From the NCBI GenBank assembly GCA_051362555.1, contig CM120645.1, forward strand, positions 4,588,001-4,652,000: a DNA stretch of 64,000 nucleotides. The letters run 5' to 3'. Shown one piece after another: positions 26,201 through 38,044 of this stretch. Made by a program: the position numbers and the translations under genes. The stretch is from Lingula anatina. Taxonomy: Eukaryota; Animalia; Brachiopoda. Each line of letters opens with the position of its first letter. The first letter of the stretch is position 1. The notes under the pieces were generated by a model. The model saw nothing but the letters and a program-made list of their open reading frames with translations. It did not search any database and had not been told where the DNA came from.

Positions 26201-27959
26201 TTTCTAAAAAGGGACTATGCTGCACCCATTACCAACAAGTGTACTGGCAGTTGAGTAGGTAGAGCCACTTGGGCTCTACCAATTATATTTTGTATTTTTC
26301 TTACAAGTAGTCCTACTATATCACTACTTAATATAATTCATACTGTACTTAGTTATAAGTGCATTCCTATTGTACATTTTCATCTACCCATGTAGATGCA
26401 TACAATACAATGAACAAAGCATAAAGCATATTATATATACTAATCCCGATAATTTTGTCAACTTGTGATAATTATAAGGGACTCCTGACTCCCACTACTA
26501 TCACTACCATTCCTGTCACATCTGCTTTAGTTACATAGCTAGCATGGATTCCCTATGCTGCCTATGGACTTACTACCAATGAATTTAACCATTGTTTTAT
26601 GTAGACTGATCCAACTCCCTGGGAACTGTAGCTGAATGTAATGAGATTAATATGCTGCCTTTTTTCCAATATACTGATATAATCAGCAGCTTTTCTGTAT
26701 ATTCTACTCAGTGCCATTTAAGGAGAAGGCATTATATTGATCTACTATTCTGATTGCATTCATTGGGAGTCCCGGCAGAGTTGTAGAAATCTACATAGAA
26801 TGATTGTTTCATTGTGAATGAGCCTTATTTGATGCATAGAAATTATACAGAACAAAGGCAATAATAGGTCGCAATAGATGTTTGTTTACACAAACTGCCA
26901 TGGGCAGTGCCCTCCAGTATCAGATTTCTACCCATGGCATTTTCACATTGCAGAACTGAGCTGTGTTGACACATGACTTTAGGGCTTTGGGAAGGACCCA
27001 AATGCAGATGTAGCCTGTGTAACCTATATGCTTTTAGTGCAAATTTGTAATAATACGTCATGTTTACATTGTTTATATATAACTGTATCATTGAGCATTG
27101 TATGTAAAATTGTCTGTTTTTCACAGTTGCTCTAGGTATAGCATTCTGCACATTTCCCATAAAAAAACTTTTTTCTCTTTTTTCTAATTTGTTATCTTAA
27201 TAGATTTCGTGTCTTTGTATGGGCATTTTTACAATCCTGGGCTCCTTTTTTTCCCACCAAGGGTCAAAAATAGAAGTCATTATTGTGTTGAAATTTGTAC
27301 TTTTCTTGAAAGTATAGACCTGAAGGGTATAAGAAATGACAATCCCGAGATAAAACCTTGTGTATGAATAAAGATATGATTATTTGAATTTTGAAAATCA
27401 TTTTTTTAATTTTCATAAGCTAAACCTTGAAGTGTGTGACTTTTAGGATAATTTAAGGTATTGATCTCCAAAAAAACACTTAGCTTTACTCAGAGAGTAT
27501 TGCTCTTTTATGTATTGGCAAAAAAAATGGATGAAAATATCCAAAATTTGACGAATCAATGATATTTTGTAATTTCCCTGTTTCAGTATTAAATGTGACT
27601 CCATGAAGTTTTTGATTCTGAGATATTCTGAGGACTTCTGTACTTCACTTTACCTTGCATTAGTTCTTTATGTTATGCTTCATGATTGTGTAAAATATTA
27701 TTTTGCACAGACATGTGTGCTAATTGCAGTGTCATGTTAAAAAAATGTCCTTGACAGGGATGTTTCGGAAAGGACATTTTTTTAACATTTATGATATTGT
27801 TTTAATATATTGTAGTATTTGAGTTTATAAGTTTTAGGTAAAGTCTATGAATAACTGGGCAAAATAGGTGGAAGCTGAACTAAAATTGAAGTCTTTTTAT
27901 TACATTTTGTGCTTGTTTTGTCTATTCTGTACTAGTAATTCATTAGTGGAATTTTATTT

Positions 27960-30709
27960 TATTGTACCACCAGCGTTAGCGCTGGCGGTACACATGGTTT
28001 CGGTCCCGTCCGGATCGTTCCGCCGGCTCCGCCGGACGGCTACCGTTACCGCTTCTCCTCCTAGACAGTAAGGGCCCCCGTACCCATCTCATGGATTTAG
28101 GTCACCTATAATCTCAACTCGTTCCACGTAAAATTTGGGCTTTGTCGGTATTGGGGTCTGGGTGTGGCACTCATTACAATGCACCCTTGTCTAAAAATGG
28201 CAAAATTAAATGCTAATTATCTACCCTACGGAAGGAGTTATGGGAAAAATTTCTATAGACGGCTTTCCAAAAGTCATATGTGTAGATTTCAAATATACCC
28301 TTGGATTTGACCTTTGACCTTTACTTCAAGGTCAAATGGGCCAAAATTTTCAAAAAAATGAAATTTTTTACGAAAAAAAATTTTTTTGCCCTGTTATTCA
28401 GACACTACACAGACTTAACCAATAATATTATTGGAAAGTGTTACCCTTCAGGTCATCTTTCATCTCCATGAATTTGGGGTCAATCGGTGCATTTTCATGG
28501 GAGTAGCGGCCATAAGATACCGAAACTGAAAACTGTCTCTAATTCGGGAACCGTTAATGCTAGAGACCCATTCTTTTTTGCATTTTGTAGAGCATGTAAA
28601 GCCCAACACTGGAGGTGGTCTCGGTTTTTTTGTATTCCATACGGTTTTTGAGTTACGCTGTATCAAAAAGTACATATTGGTGGTAAAAGCAAAATGTGCA
28701 GTACGGTAATGGATAATAAATTTTGAACTCTGGAAAAATAAAACATAAGGCTTGGCAAAGCAGACAACTTGTGTTCAAAAATGACATTATTTCATCAAAT
28801 TTGAACTTCTGAAACTTCAGAGCACCTCCTATTTCAAGAATTTTGACCAAAATGACATTTTCTCTATTTTAATTAATTTTTTCTGTACGAAATTTAAGGC
28901 ACATTATGGTAACTCCAAAATTACATCATTTAGTCCCTTATATCTCCAAAACTGGCAGAGATAGGTCCATAGTTACTATTGAAGTTGAATAGGAAGTCAT
29001 ATACTGGCTATCTTACTGTGACCTTGAAATTGACCTTTGACCTACTTTTCACCATGAACTGAACTTTGCAAATTTTGCTTCCCTTTTATCTCCAAAACTG
29101 GCAGAGATAGGTCCATAGTTACTATTGAACTTGAATAGGAAGTCATATACTGGCAATCTAAATGTGATCTTAAAATTGACCTTTGACCTACTTTTCACCA
29201 TGAACTGAACTTTGCAAATTTTGCTTCCCTTTTATCTCCAAAACTGGCTGAGATAGGTCCATAGTTACTCTTGAACTTGAATAGAAAGTCATATACTGGC
29301 AATCTAAATGTGACCTTGAAATTGACCTTTGACCTACTTTTCACCATGAATTGAACTTTGCAAATATTGCTTTCCTTTTATCTCCAAAACTGGCAGAGAT
29401 AGGTCCATAGTTACTATTGAACTTGAATAGGAAGTCATATACTGGCAATCTATATGTGACCTTAAAATTGACCTTTGACCTACTTTTCACCATGAATTGA
29501 ACTTTGCAAATTTTGCTTTCCTTTTATCTCCAAAACTGGCAGAGATAGCTCCATAGTTACTATTGAACTTGAATAGGAAGTCATATACTGGCAATCTAAA
29601 TGTGACCTTAAAATTGACCTTTGACCTACTTTACACCATGAACTGAACTTTGCAAATTTTGCTTTTCTTTTATCTCCAAAACTGGCTGAGATAGGTCCGT
29701 AGTTACTATTGAACTTGAATAGAAAGTCATATACTGGCAATCTAAATGTGACCTTGAAATTGACCTTTGACCTACTTTTCACCATGAATTGAACTTTGCA
29801 AATTTTGCTTTCCTTTTATCTCCAAAACTGGCAGAGATAGGTCCGTAGTTACTATTGAACTTGAATAGGAAGTCATATACTGGCAATCTATATGTGACCT
29901 TAAAATTGACTTTTGACCTACTTTTCACCATGAATTGAACTTTGCAAATTTTGCTTTCCTTTTATCTCCAAAACTGGCAGAGATAGGTCCGTAGTTACTA
30001 TTGAACTTGAATAGGAAGTCATATACTGGCAATCTAAATGTGATCTTAAAATTGACCTTTGACCTACTTTTCACCATGAACTGAACTTTGCAAATTTTTC
30101 TTCCCTTTTATCTCCAAAACTGGCAGAGATAGGTCCATAGTTACTATTGAACTTGAATAGGAAGTCATATACAGGCAATCTAAATGTGACCTTAAAATTG
30201 ACCTTTGACCTACTTTACACTATGAACTGAATTTTGCAAATTTTGCTTTTCTTTTATCTCCAAAACTGGCTGAGATAGGTCCGTAGTTACTATTGAACTT
30301 GAATAGAAAGTCATATACTGGCAATCTAAATGTGACCTTAAAATTGACCTTTGACCTACTTTTCACCATGAACTGAACTTTGCAAATTTTGCTTTCCTTT
30401 TGTCTCCAAAACTGGCAGAGATAGGTCCATAGTTACTCTTGAACTTGAATAGGAAGTCATATACTGGCAATTTACTGTGACCTTGAAATTGACCCTTGAC
30501 CTATCTTACGAAGAACTTAAATTTGATTGTACCATATATATTTTTTGCAAAAGTTTAAAAATTCTTGTTGATTGCATTTTAACAGCTTGTCAAGCACAAA
30601 ACTGGTGGCTGTGTCCCTTATTTTGTGTATGTGGGGGTCTATACGAATGCGCTTGCTCCAGCTGGTGGTACAATATTCGGAGGCGGTATCGCCTCTCTGA
30701 TCCTCTAGT
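27960..30709 (+). mobile_element. HINE family 2 copy 2, full length
   Basis: 5' attgtaccaccagcgttagcgctggcggtac, a GC-rich microsatellite, the array, then 3' gctggtggtacaat, hairpin gaggcggtatcgcctc and ctagtt. T-run flanks. Confidence 0.9.
28930..30500. repeat. 146-bp tandem array, ~10.7 highly homogeneous units
   Basis: actggc(a/t)gagatag recurs every 146 bp from 28951 to 30411. It is the reverse-complement relative of the 9410-10670 array. Confidence 0.95.
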
Positions 30710-32755
30710 TAAATATTGATTCTGAGATATATTCCAGGTATTCTTTACACCATTATACCTTATTCCAGTTTCTTTTGATACAGTTCATAGCTGCATAAAA
30801 TATTATTTGACAATGTCAGATTTACTAACAGTAAAGACATGTTTAAAAATATGTCCTTTTAGACATGTCCTTGTTTCGGAATGGACATTTATGAAATTGC
30901 TTTAATGATATAGATAGAGAGAGAGAGAGAGAGATGTATCATGATGTATGTATATATTATAAATAATCACAGGAAGTTAATTATAACCTGTGTCTGCCTG
31001 CAAGTGCCTCTGTAAACCATGCCAGTGAACTGACTCTTGCAACTTTAACACGTGTAGCCTCATAAGTATTTTCGAATACTTTTATGTACATCATAAGTAA
31101 GCAATATTTAAAGTAAGGTAAGCTATATTATTCAAAATTACATTCTACATAAATTTGATGTGCTTCCCATCATCCTCTTCCTCATGAATGATAAATAGAT
31201 GAGCAGACCAAAGAGTGAACAAGTGTTTTAGACAATGTGTTAAAAAATGTCCTTTACGATACAAAGCATCCAAATTGCCTTTATTTCTATTTATACTGAT
31301 ATAATCTCTTCAATCAGTTGTTAATTTAACTTTGAAATATATGAACTTTGGGAAAATATGCAATGGAAGTTCTAGTAGATCCAAAGAAAAGATGCCGACT
31401 TGCAAAAATGAATTTTTTTTTTGTTGAGGATATATATAGAAATTTAAAAAGATGCCATTGAAGAAATGTTTTTCTATTATTTTTATGTCATATGCATGAT
31501 GCTCTAACAGTAATTTGCTCATGTCAAGTGAAACATACAGCATTTAAGACAGAATTCTCTCTATTTATAACATTGGCAATGTAAAGGTACTTTGTTTCGG
31601 AATGGACAATTTTTAACAAGCATCTCAAAAAAGGCCACAGTTAAATGGGTTTCTGTGCACTGGGGTTTTCTTATATAAAAATAAATATCACATGTCCTGG
31701 GCTTTAGAGAAATATATATTGTTACAGGCTAGGTGTCAACATGTTCTTTTTATGTAAGAGAAACCCAATGTTTCGGAATGGACAAATTTAACGGAAAAAC
31801 ACGGTAGGGTTATTTTGCACTCCATGTCAAGCTCCAGAATCATCGCGCAGATTTCATTATTTGATACAAACAATACCAATACATCCAAATAATGATAAGG
31901 ATGGTTAATTATACTGTATGTTTTATGATATATTTTCTGAAAGTAATTTATTTTTGTTTCGGAATGGACATTTCGTTTAACGGAAATACCAGCATGCCAT
32001 TAAGACTTTTTTTTTCTAGGATAGACCTCTCTCCTGTTAATATTTAAACTTTTTTGCTTCCACCATACTACTGAGTGTTTTATAATCCAAAAAAATGCAA
32101 TGTCAAACACTGTTTTAATTTATTTCAGATTGCTTTTTATTTCATATGACTAAAACGGGAAAAATTTTTGGTCATTTTTCGGGCTTTGCTTTAGCATAAC
32201 TTTGGACTCGGTGGTGATATTTGGTTCCTATTTTCAGTGTTTATTTTCACTTACACCATTCTCTAACATAGTGATAAAAGAATTCTTTGATCATATGTAT
32301 GTAATTTGTTAATTAGCAATAAAGTGCCCAGGATTGTAAAAATGCCCGTATACTCTTTGTAGATTTTTTTTTTTTTTTTTTTTTTTTACTCTCTTACTAG
32401 ACTTCTTGTGTAATATTGCATTATTGTAGCTGTTTTTGTCCTTACAACATGAAATAAAATTTATTGTATTGTATTGTATGACTATTTTTAGCTGATACTA
32501 AGAAATGAGGAATTTTTTGATGATCAAGGGAAGATGGAAAGTGAATTTCTTTCAACTTGCAACAAAAATTCCTAATTAAATTTTTCAAAAGAAGTTGGCA
32601 CAGGTTGGCAAGTCCAGATTTATGCCATGGAACAAGGAATAGCATTACAGCATGTCGGATTTTGGGGGGAATTGGAGGAAAAATTTTTTGCAATGTTTTT
32701 TGTTACCCCTCCCCACTCTTGTTCCCCATTCAGCTAATGTTAGAAGGCCAAGTTA

Positions 32756-33253
32756 AGCCCCTTCGCACATGGTGAGCAATTGGCATGCGCCACTTGAGCT
32801 GCGCCGTTTTCTCTCGGTTTAAGGGGGTATTTTGGTGAGATTTTTGCCTCTCGCTCAGCTGAGCAAAATATCTCAAGTGTTTTATATTTTTGGCCTCTTA
32901 AGGCAAATGGCTCAGCATGTGCGGGATGCAAGCGACGATTGCTCAAGTCATGCCAACAATGCACATGTGCCGGTAGCTGGAAACAAAACAACAAAACTGT
33001 ACACAGTTATAGTTAGTCTGATTGATTAACGTTGTCACCATTTTCCATTACTTTCAGAAAAAAAAAATCAATATATAAAGTTTCCTTAATCACATGATCC
33101 CACAGTTCACGGTGAGTCCAATAGGGGCAGGCCGGGAGGCACCTCTGCTGAGCAAAAAGCAGGGAGCTAAAGAGCACGAGCACCTGGTGCAGCGCAAGTG
33201 GTGCGCACCAATTACTCACCGTGTGCGGGGGGGGGGGGGGGGGGGGGGGGGCT
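32756..33253. mobile_element. PIF/Harbinger-like MITE
   Basis: TTA TSD; ~50-bp imperfect TIRs (agcccc..cgcaca.ggtgag.aattgg..ccacttg.gctgc); poly-G expansion in the right TIR. Confidence 0.7.
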
Positions 33254-33933
33254 TTATACTGCCTAGCACTTTGGAGGATACATTGTAATGATTTGAAATT
33301 CCCATATTTGCATGCACCTGTTGGCCAAAATTCTATAATTTTATTTTATCATTTTGTTTACTTCACAATTTATGCATAATTATGTTTGGAAAATATCCTT
33401 AAATTAAATGTGTGCTCTTTTATTCATTATTTATTAAATTTCAAGTCTCTTTTGACATTATTCCAGAGGTGAAAATCCAGTGGGGATACTTTTGACTCAT
33501 TTGTTTAAAAAAAATTGCAGAATTTAAAGAAATGAGTGAAAGAAATGACATACATGGTGTTACTGAAACTTAAATAACTTTTGATCAAAATTAGATAGAT
33601 CAAACATTTAAATGGCCCATTCATACTTAAATATATAGCTATCTGTGTGTAAAATTTTAAATAGCATCAAAACTCACTTGATACCACATTCTGGTGTTCA
33701 GTCAAATCCACAGAGGTCTATAGCCTAGGTATACTTTAAAGCAGCTAGCTTTTTGCCCTGCGCATGTAGCTTTGGCAAAAATAGGAATTAGACATTGGTG
33801 TTCAATCATAAAATTAGGTAATTTGCACCCAGTGCACTTTTTGGAAAAAAAAATGTTGATTTGTTTGAAAATTATTTATTTTGTCATCTGCTTTGAAGAT
33901 ATTTTACTTAACTAATTGTATTGAATTTTCAGA

Positions 33934-35775
33934 ATGGCAGCAAGCTCTGTATTGTCTCCTTTGGCATTAAATGATTACCAGGATCGATTGACAGCTGGAG
34001 AAAATGTGTCAGAAAAAGTGTATCAATTCAAAAGACTGTGCTCCTTTCAACAATGGCCAGAGTGGGCGAAAGCATCACCAGCACGGTTAGCCAGGGCAGG
34101 ATTTTTCTACACTGGCGCTGGGGATAAAGTGGAGTGCTACAGTTGTCATGGGACTCTAGAGAATTGGAAAAATGGCGAAAATCCATTAGAGAGACACCGG
34201 CAGTTTTATCCGGCATGTCCCCATGTGAAAGGTGTTGACAAGGAAAATAGACCTATTTCATCTGAGGGTGTTGAGAGTGAACTTGTGAATTCTTTACAAA
34301 GGAACAGAGATGCAGTCAGGGACACTGTTAGTTATGTGCTTAGTGTTGTTGAACATAGCACCACATCACAGGCTAGAGAGCAGTACCGGCTTCCTTCTTC
34401 AGCCTTGGTACAAGGAAATAATAATGCACACCCTGGTAGAGAATCCACAGATCTGTCATCAGTAGAAAACAATTACCCTATTTCCAATTTGGCACAGCAG
34501 CAAAATGTTTCCAGTCATGGAAATCATATTTTTGCACTCATGCAAGATGAAAATGCACGCAGGGCAAGTTATCCAGTAGGTTGGTCTGCAATTTGTCCAA
34601 TATCACCTGATGAATTGGCCAAAGCAGGTTTTTTTTGTATGAACTCTGGAGACCTTGTGCAGTGTGCATTCTGCAGAGGTGCTGTAAGGAACTGGGAGAT
34701 TGGGGATTCTCCTTTCTTTGAACATAAAAAACATTTTCCACTGTGTCAATTTGTGTTTGACACACTTGAACAGGAACAGAGGCAGTCAAATTCTGTACCA
34801 CAATCTAATACTTTTTCAAATAGCACTAATGTACCGGACCTTTTGCTGGATGAGAGTCCTATTGTTACTGAGAGACCTAAACACCCAGAACATGCTGTGG
34901 AGCAAAACCGGATAGCCTCTTACCACAATTGGCCCATAAACAAGAAGCAAACCCCCAGAGACCTGGCTCAGGCTGGTTTCTATTATGCGGGGTTTGGGGA
35001 CAACGTGAAATGCTTCTTTTGCAGTGGAGGCCTGAGAAACTGGGAGCCGCAGGATGTACCATGGAGGGAGCATGCACGTTGGTTTCCCAAGTGTGGTTTT
35101 GTGAAGCAGTGCAAAGGTGTGACCTTCATACGTGAGGTACAGCGAGAAAGAACAATGGGCGGGGCCAGCCAAGGTCACTCGTCAAATGGACATCCAGTGG
35201 AAGCAAGGGAAATCAAGGCAAGACTTGACACACCTATGGCCCAGACTGTGGCCAATATGGGATATTCCAAGGCCAAATTGCGCCAGGCAATAGAGCAGAG
35301 GCTCCGAACCCACGGAGATGACTTTCCCAATCTCCAGGCTTTTGTGGAAGCTGTTCTAGACTTAGATGATGGTGAAGAACAGACCAGTGTGGGGAGTATG
35401 AGAGAAACCAGTCAAATAAGCAGTGTTGTTCAGCCCAGACCAGACAGTAGTCCACAGACCCAATCTCCACCACAGGGTCAATGTTTATCCAACACAAAAC
35501 AAGCCGACCCGAAGACAGCCAGTTCTGCAAAAGATAAAAAAGATGAAATTTCTGCTTCCAAGGAATCCGTTGTCGATGAAAAGGAGCGATTGAGGCTTGA
35601 AAATGAAGAAATGATGATGCAGCGTATGTGTAAAAAGTGCTCTGATAATGAGGCCAGCATTGTATTGTTGCCGTGTGCGCACCTTGCTAGCTGTGCTACT
35701 TGTGCGGCTGGTTTGACCAGGTGTCCTGTGTGTGATGTGAAAATTCAAGGAACTGTGAAAGCATACTTGCCGTGA
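33934..35775 (+). CDS. Inhibitor of apoptosis protein (3 BIR + UBA + RING; cIAP/XIAP-like, no CARD)
   Basis: 613-aa ORF with three CX2CX16HX6C BIRs, a UBA-like MGY...VEAVL segment and a C-terminal C3HC4 RING. The acceptor ttttcag ends 1 nt before the ATG. AATAAA at 36521. Confidence 0.97.
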   Translation: MAASSVLSPLALNDYQDRLTAGENVSEKVYQFKRLCSFQQWPEWAKASPARLARAGFFYTGAGDKVECYSCHGTLENWKNGENPLERHRQFYPACPHVKGVDKENRPISSEGVESELVNSLQRNRDAVRDTVSYVLSVVEHSTTSQAREQYRLPSSALVQGNNNAHPGRESTDLSSVENNYPISNLAQQQNVSSHGNHIFALMQDENARRASYPVGWSAICPISPDELAKAGFFCMNSGDLVQCAFCRGAVRNWEIGDSPFFEHKKHFPLCQFVFDTLEQEQRQSNSVPQSNTFSNSTNVPDLLLDESPIVTERPKHPEHAVEQNRIASYHNWPINKKQTPRDLAQAGFYYAGFGDNVKCFFCSGGLRNWEPQDVPWREHARWFPKCGFVKQCKGVTFIREVQRERTMGGASQGHSSNGHPVEAREIKARLDTPMAQTVANMGYSKAKLRQAIEQRLRTHGDDFPNLQAFVEAVLDLDDGEEQTSVGSMRETSQISSVVQPRPDSSPQTQSPPQGQCLSNTKQADPKTASSAKDKKDEISASKESVVDEKERLRLENEEMMMQRMCKKCSDNEASIVLLPCAHLASCATCAAGLTRCPVCDVKIQGTVKAYLP

Positions 35776-36545
35776 AATGTTTGCATGTTTTTTGCTTTAC
35801 CATGCATCTATCACTGAAGGCTCCAGAGGAATTATGGATATGGGGCCAAAGACACCATCACTCTTAAATGTTCTTAATTTTGTAAGCGATGCCGCATAAA
35901 ATCCTGATGGACTCCCTGCCTCCCACGTGCCCTCCCTGCCTCCCACGTGCCCTCCATGCAGGGACACGGCAATTAAAGTTGGCATTAGACAGAATCAAGC
36001 CCTGATCGAAGTGGAGCCATTGTTTTATTGCTGTGCCCCTGCCGCAGAAAGGCTGTCACTTCGAAGGGGGTCGGCCATATTTGATCCCTAGATTTAGTGG
36101 CGCACCAACTTGTTCTAAAAATGCCTTTATTTTACTTAAGTGTGTAAGTGATTTTTGTGTTTCCTATTTATTTCTTTATTTGTTTTATTCTGTATTTTTG
36201 ATGTTTTTTGTCATTATCATTATTTTTTTTTATTGAAATGAAAATGGAATCATGTTCTCATGGAGGTAATCCTGTTATTAGGTTACTTTAATCAGGTGAA
36301 AACATTATGATGGGTTTCATTACTTTTGGGAAAATCTGATGTGTATAGGGTGTATATGTGTGTGTGTGTTCAAATAGTTCATTTGCTTAGCATTTTCAAA
36401 TGCGACACTTGGGATAGTATACAAATTGCAACGTGTTTACTTAAATGTTACGGCCTAATTGTACCTATTGGTTCTAAAAAAAATGTGTACCTGGCTTTGT
36501 CTTTAAGTGAGTCGCTTTTGAATAAACTTGTCCGTGCACCTCAAC

Positions 36546-36599
<54 letters not shown>

Positions 36600-37715
36600 C
36601 AAATTCTAAATATGATTACAAAACGATAAGAGCATAATATCTTGAAAGTTTTTTTCATCCTAAAATTTAGTCACAACAAACGAAAGGCGGCATCATGGTT
36701 CTGGCTAGCCGTTTACGTGTTAAGAAAAACGTAACTGGGGTATATGACTTTATTTACTTTCAAACCATATGATGACTGTAAGATTTTTTCGATTAGTTTA
36801 TAATATGATGGTGCACAAATGGCACCGTTGCGCACAGATAACCCGAGAGTCGAAGGCAATGTAACAGAGACCGAGCATATTCGCATAAGTTTCCTATTTT
36901 AAGGGTAGGTCTAGTAAACCATTGGGAGGGTGGTAAGGCCAAAATTTTGGAACTTGAAATTGGGTATTGGTTTTAATGGGGTCTCTGTCAACAATTCAAT
37001 AATAAAAAAGGACAAATATGCAGGCTCAGCTAGTAGGGAGTTCTGTTTCAGAAATCGTCACTGTGAATAAATGCAGTTTTTACGCCCTAGGAGTACTGCA
37101 GACAAGGAGGACCGTTTGTTGCACATAATGTAACGTGTCGGTAAAAGAGAACCTGGACAGCATCCTTGCAGAGGGATACATGAGAGCAACACATTTATTA
37201 AAGCCCGAGGTTATTCACTCCATTTATGCAATTATTACCCCAGCAGGCAGACAACAGTTGATTCAAGGTTAATCCAACATTGATTTACAACTTATTATGA
37301 TTGTGGAAATTTGTGTTAACGTTGAAAAGTTACATTGAATTAACGTTGGCATTCAACATTGAATTGATTGATATTTAACGATGTTTCGTTATAAGAAATC
37401 TCGACGTTTATTATAACGCCAATATGTGATATTCTTGTTGTAAATAAGAACGCTAACGCACAGGAGGCTTACTTGCATACACACCGACTTTATTTCACTA
37501 CACGTGAACACTTCATCCATATCCATTTGCCAGTCACCAGGCGAAGTGGAGAGATCCTCTAGAAATTCATTTTGACGGGAAAATCCCATGGAGTGGTTCT
37601 TGAAATGTCATGTTCTTAACTGAAGTTAGTTTCCAGTGACGGTTCAAATCCAGTTATTTCTACAAACAAAAAAATGGTGTTTTCGTCCTCTGAATACAGC
37701 CACAGTGACCGCATT

Positions 37716-37992
37716 CTACACATCAATCTCCTCTATGATGATTGAGGTACCAGGACAAATCCCCACGTGCAGTGCCACCTTTAGGTCGCCGCTAGGGACT
37801 CCCATACATAGTCCGCCGACTGAAAGGGAAGGGAGTTGCAAAAGTGAGCATCATTTTGGAATCTTCTTTTCTTTGTTGTAATTTGTTACATCTTGTTTTA
37901 TTTTCGTTTTCTTGTTTTTTTCTTTAATCTGTAATTTCATATTTTTGTACTGTTTCTTGGTAATTTATCCTATTATTTTTCCCATCCTCCTT

Positions 37993-38044
<52 letters not shown>

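Larger units (their letters stand above)
27218..32350. mobile_element. Non-autonomous TIR element with a recurring internal motif, hosting HINE family 2 copy 2
   Basis: TIR ta(t/c)gggcatttttacaatcctgggc. The motif tgtttcggaatggaca (one variant) occurs at ~27761, 30872, 31593, 31769 and 31955. TSD ambiguous. Confidence 0.7.

Noticed and set aside
28930-30500. CRISPR-like periodic array
   Set aside because: Whole 146-bp units repeat head-to-tail with no unique spacers, there are no cas genes and the context is eukaryotic.
34028-35748. Antisense and alternative-frame ORFs within the IAP gene
   Set aside because: Shadow ORFs of a GC-richer coding region, with no motifs.
36547-36599. ~53-nt poly-T after the IAP AATAAA as a retrogene poly-A tail
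   Set aside because: Wrong strand for an IAP retrocopy tail, and no TSD was found.
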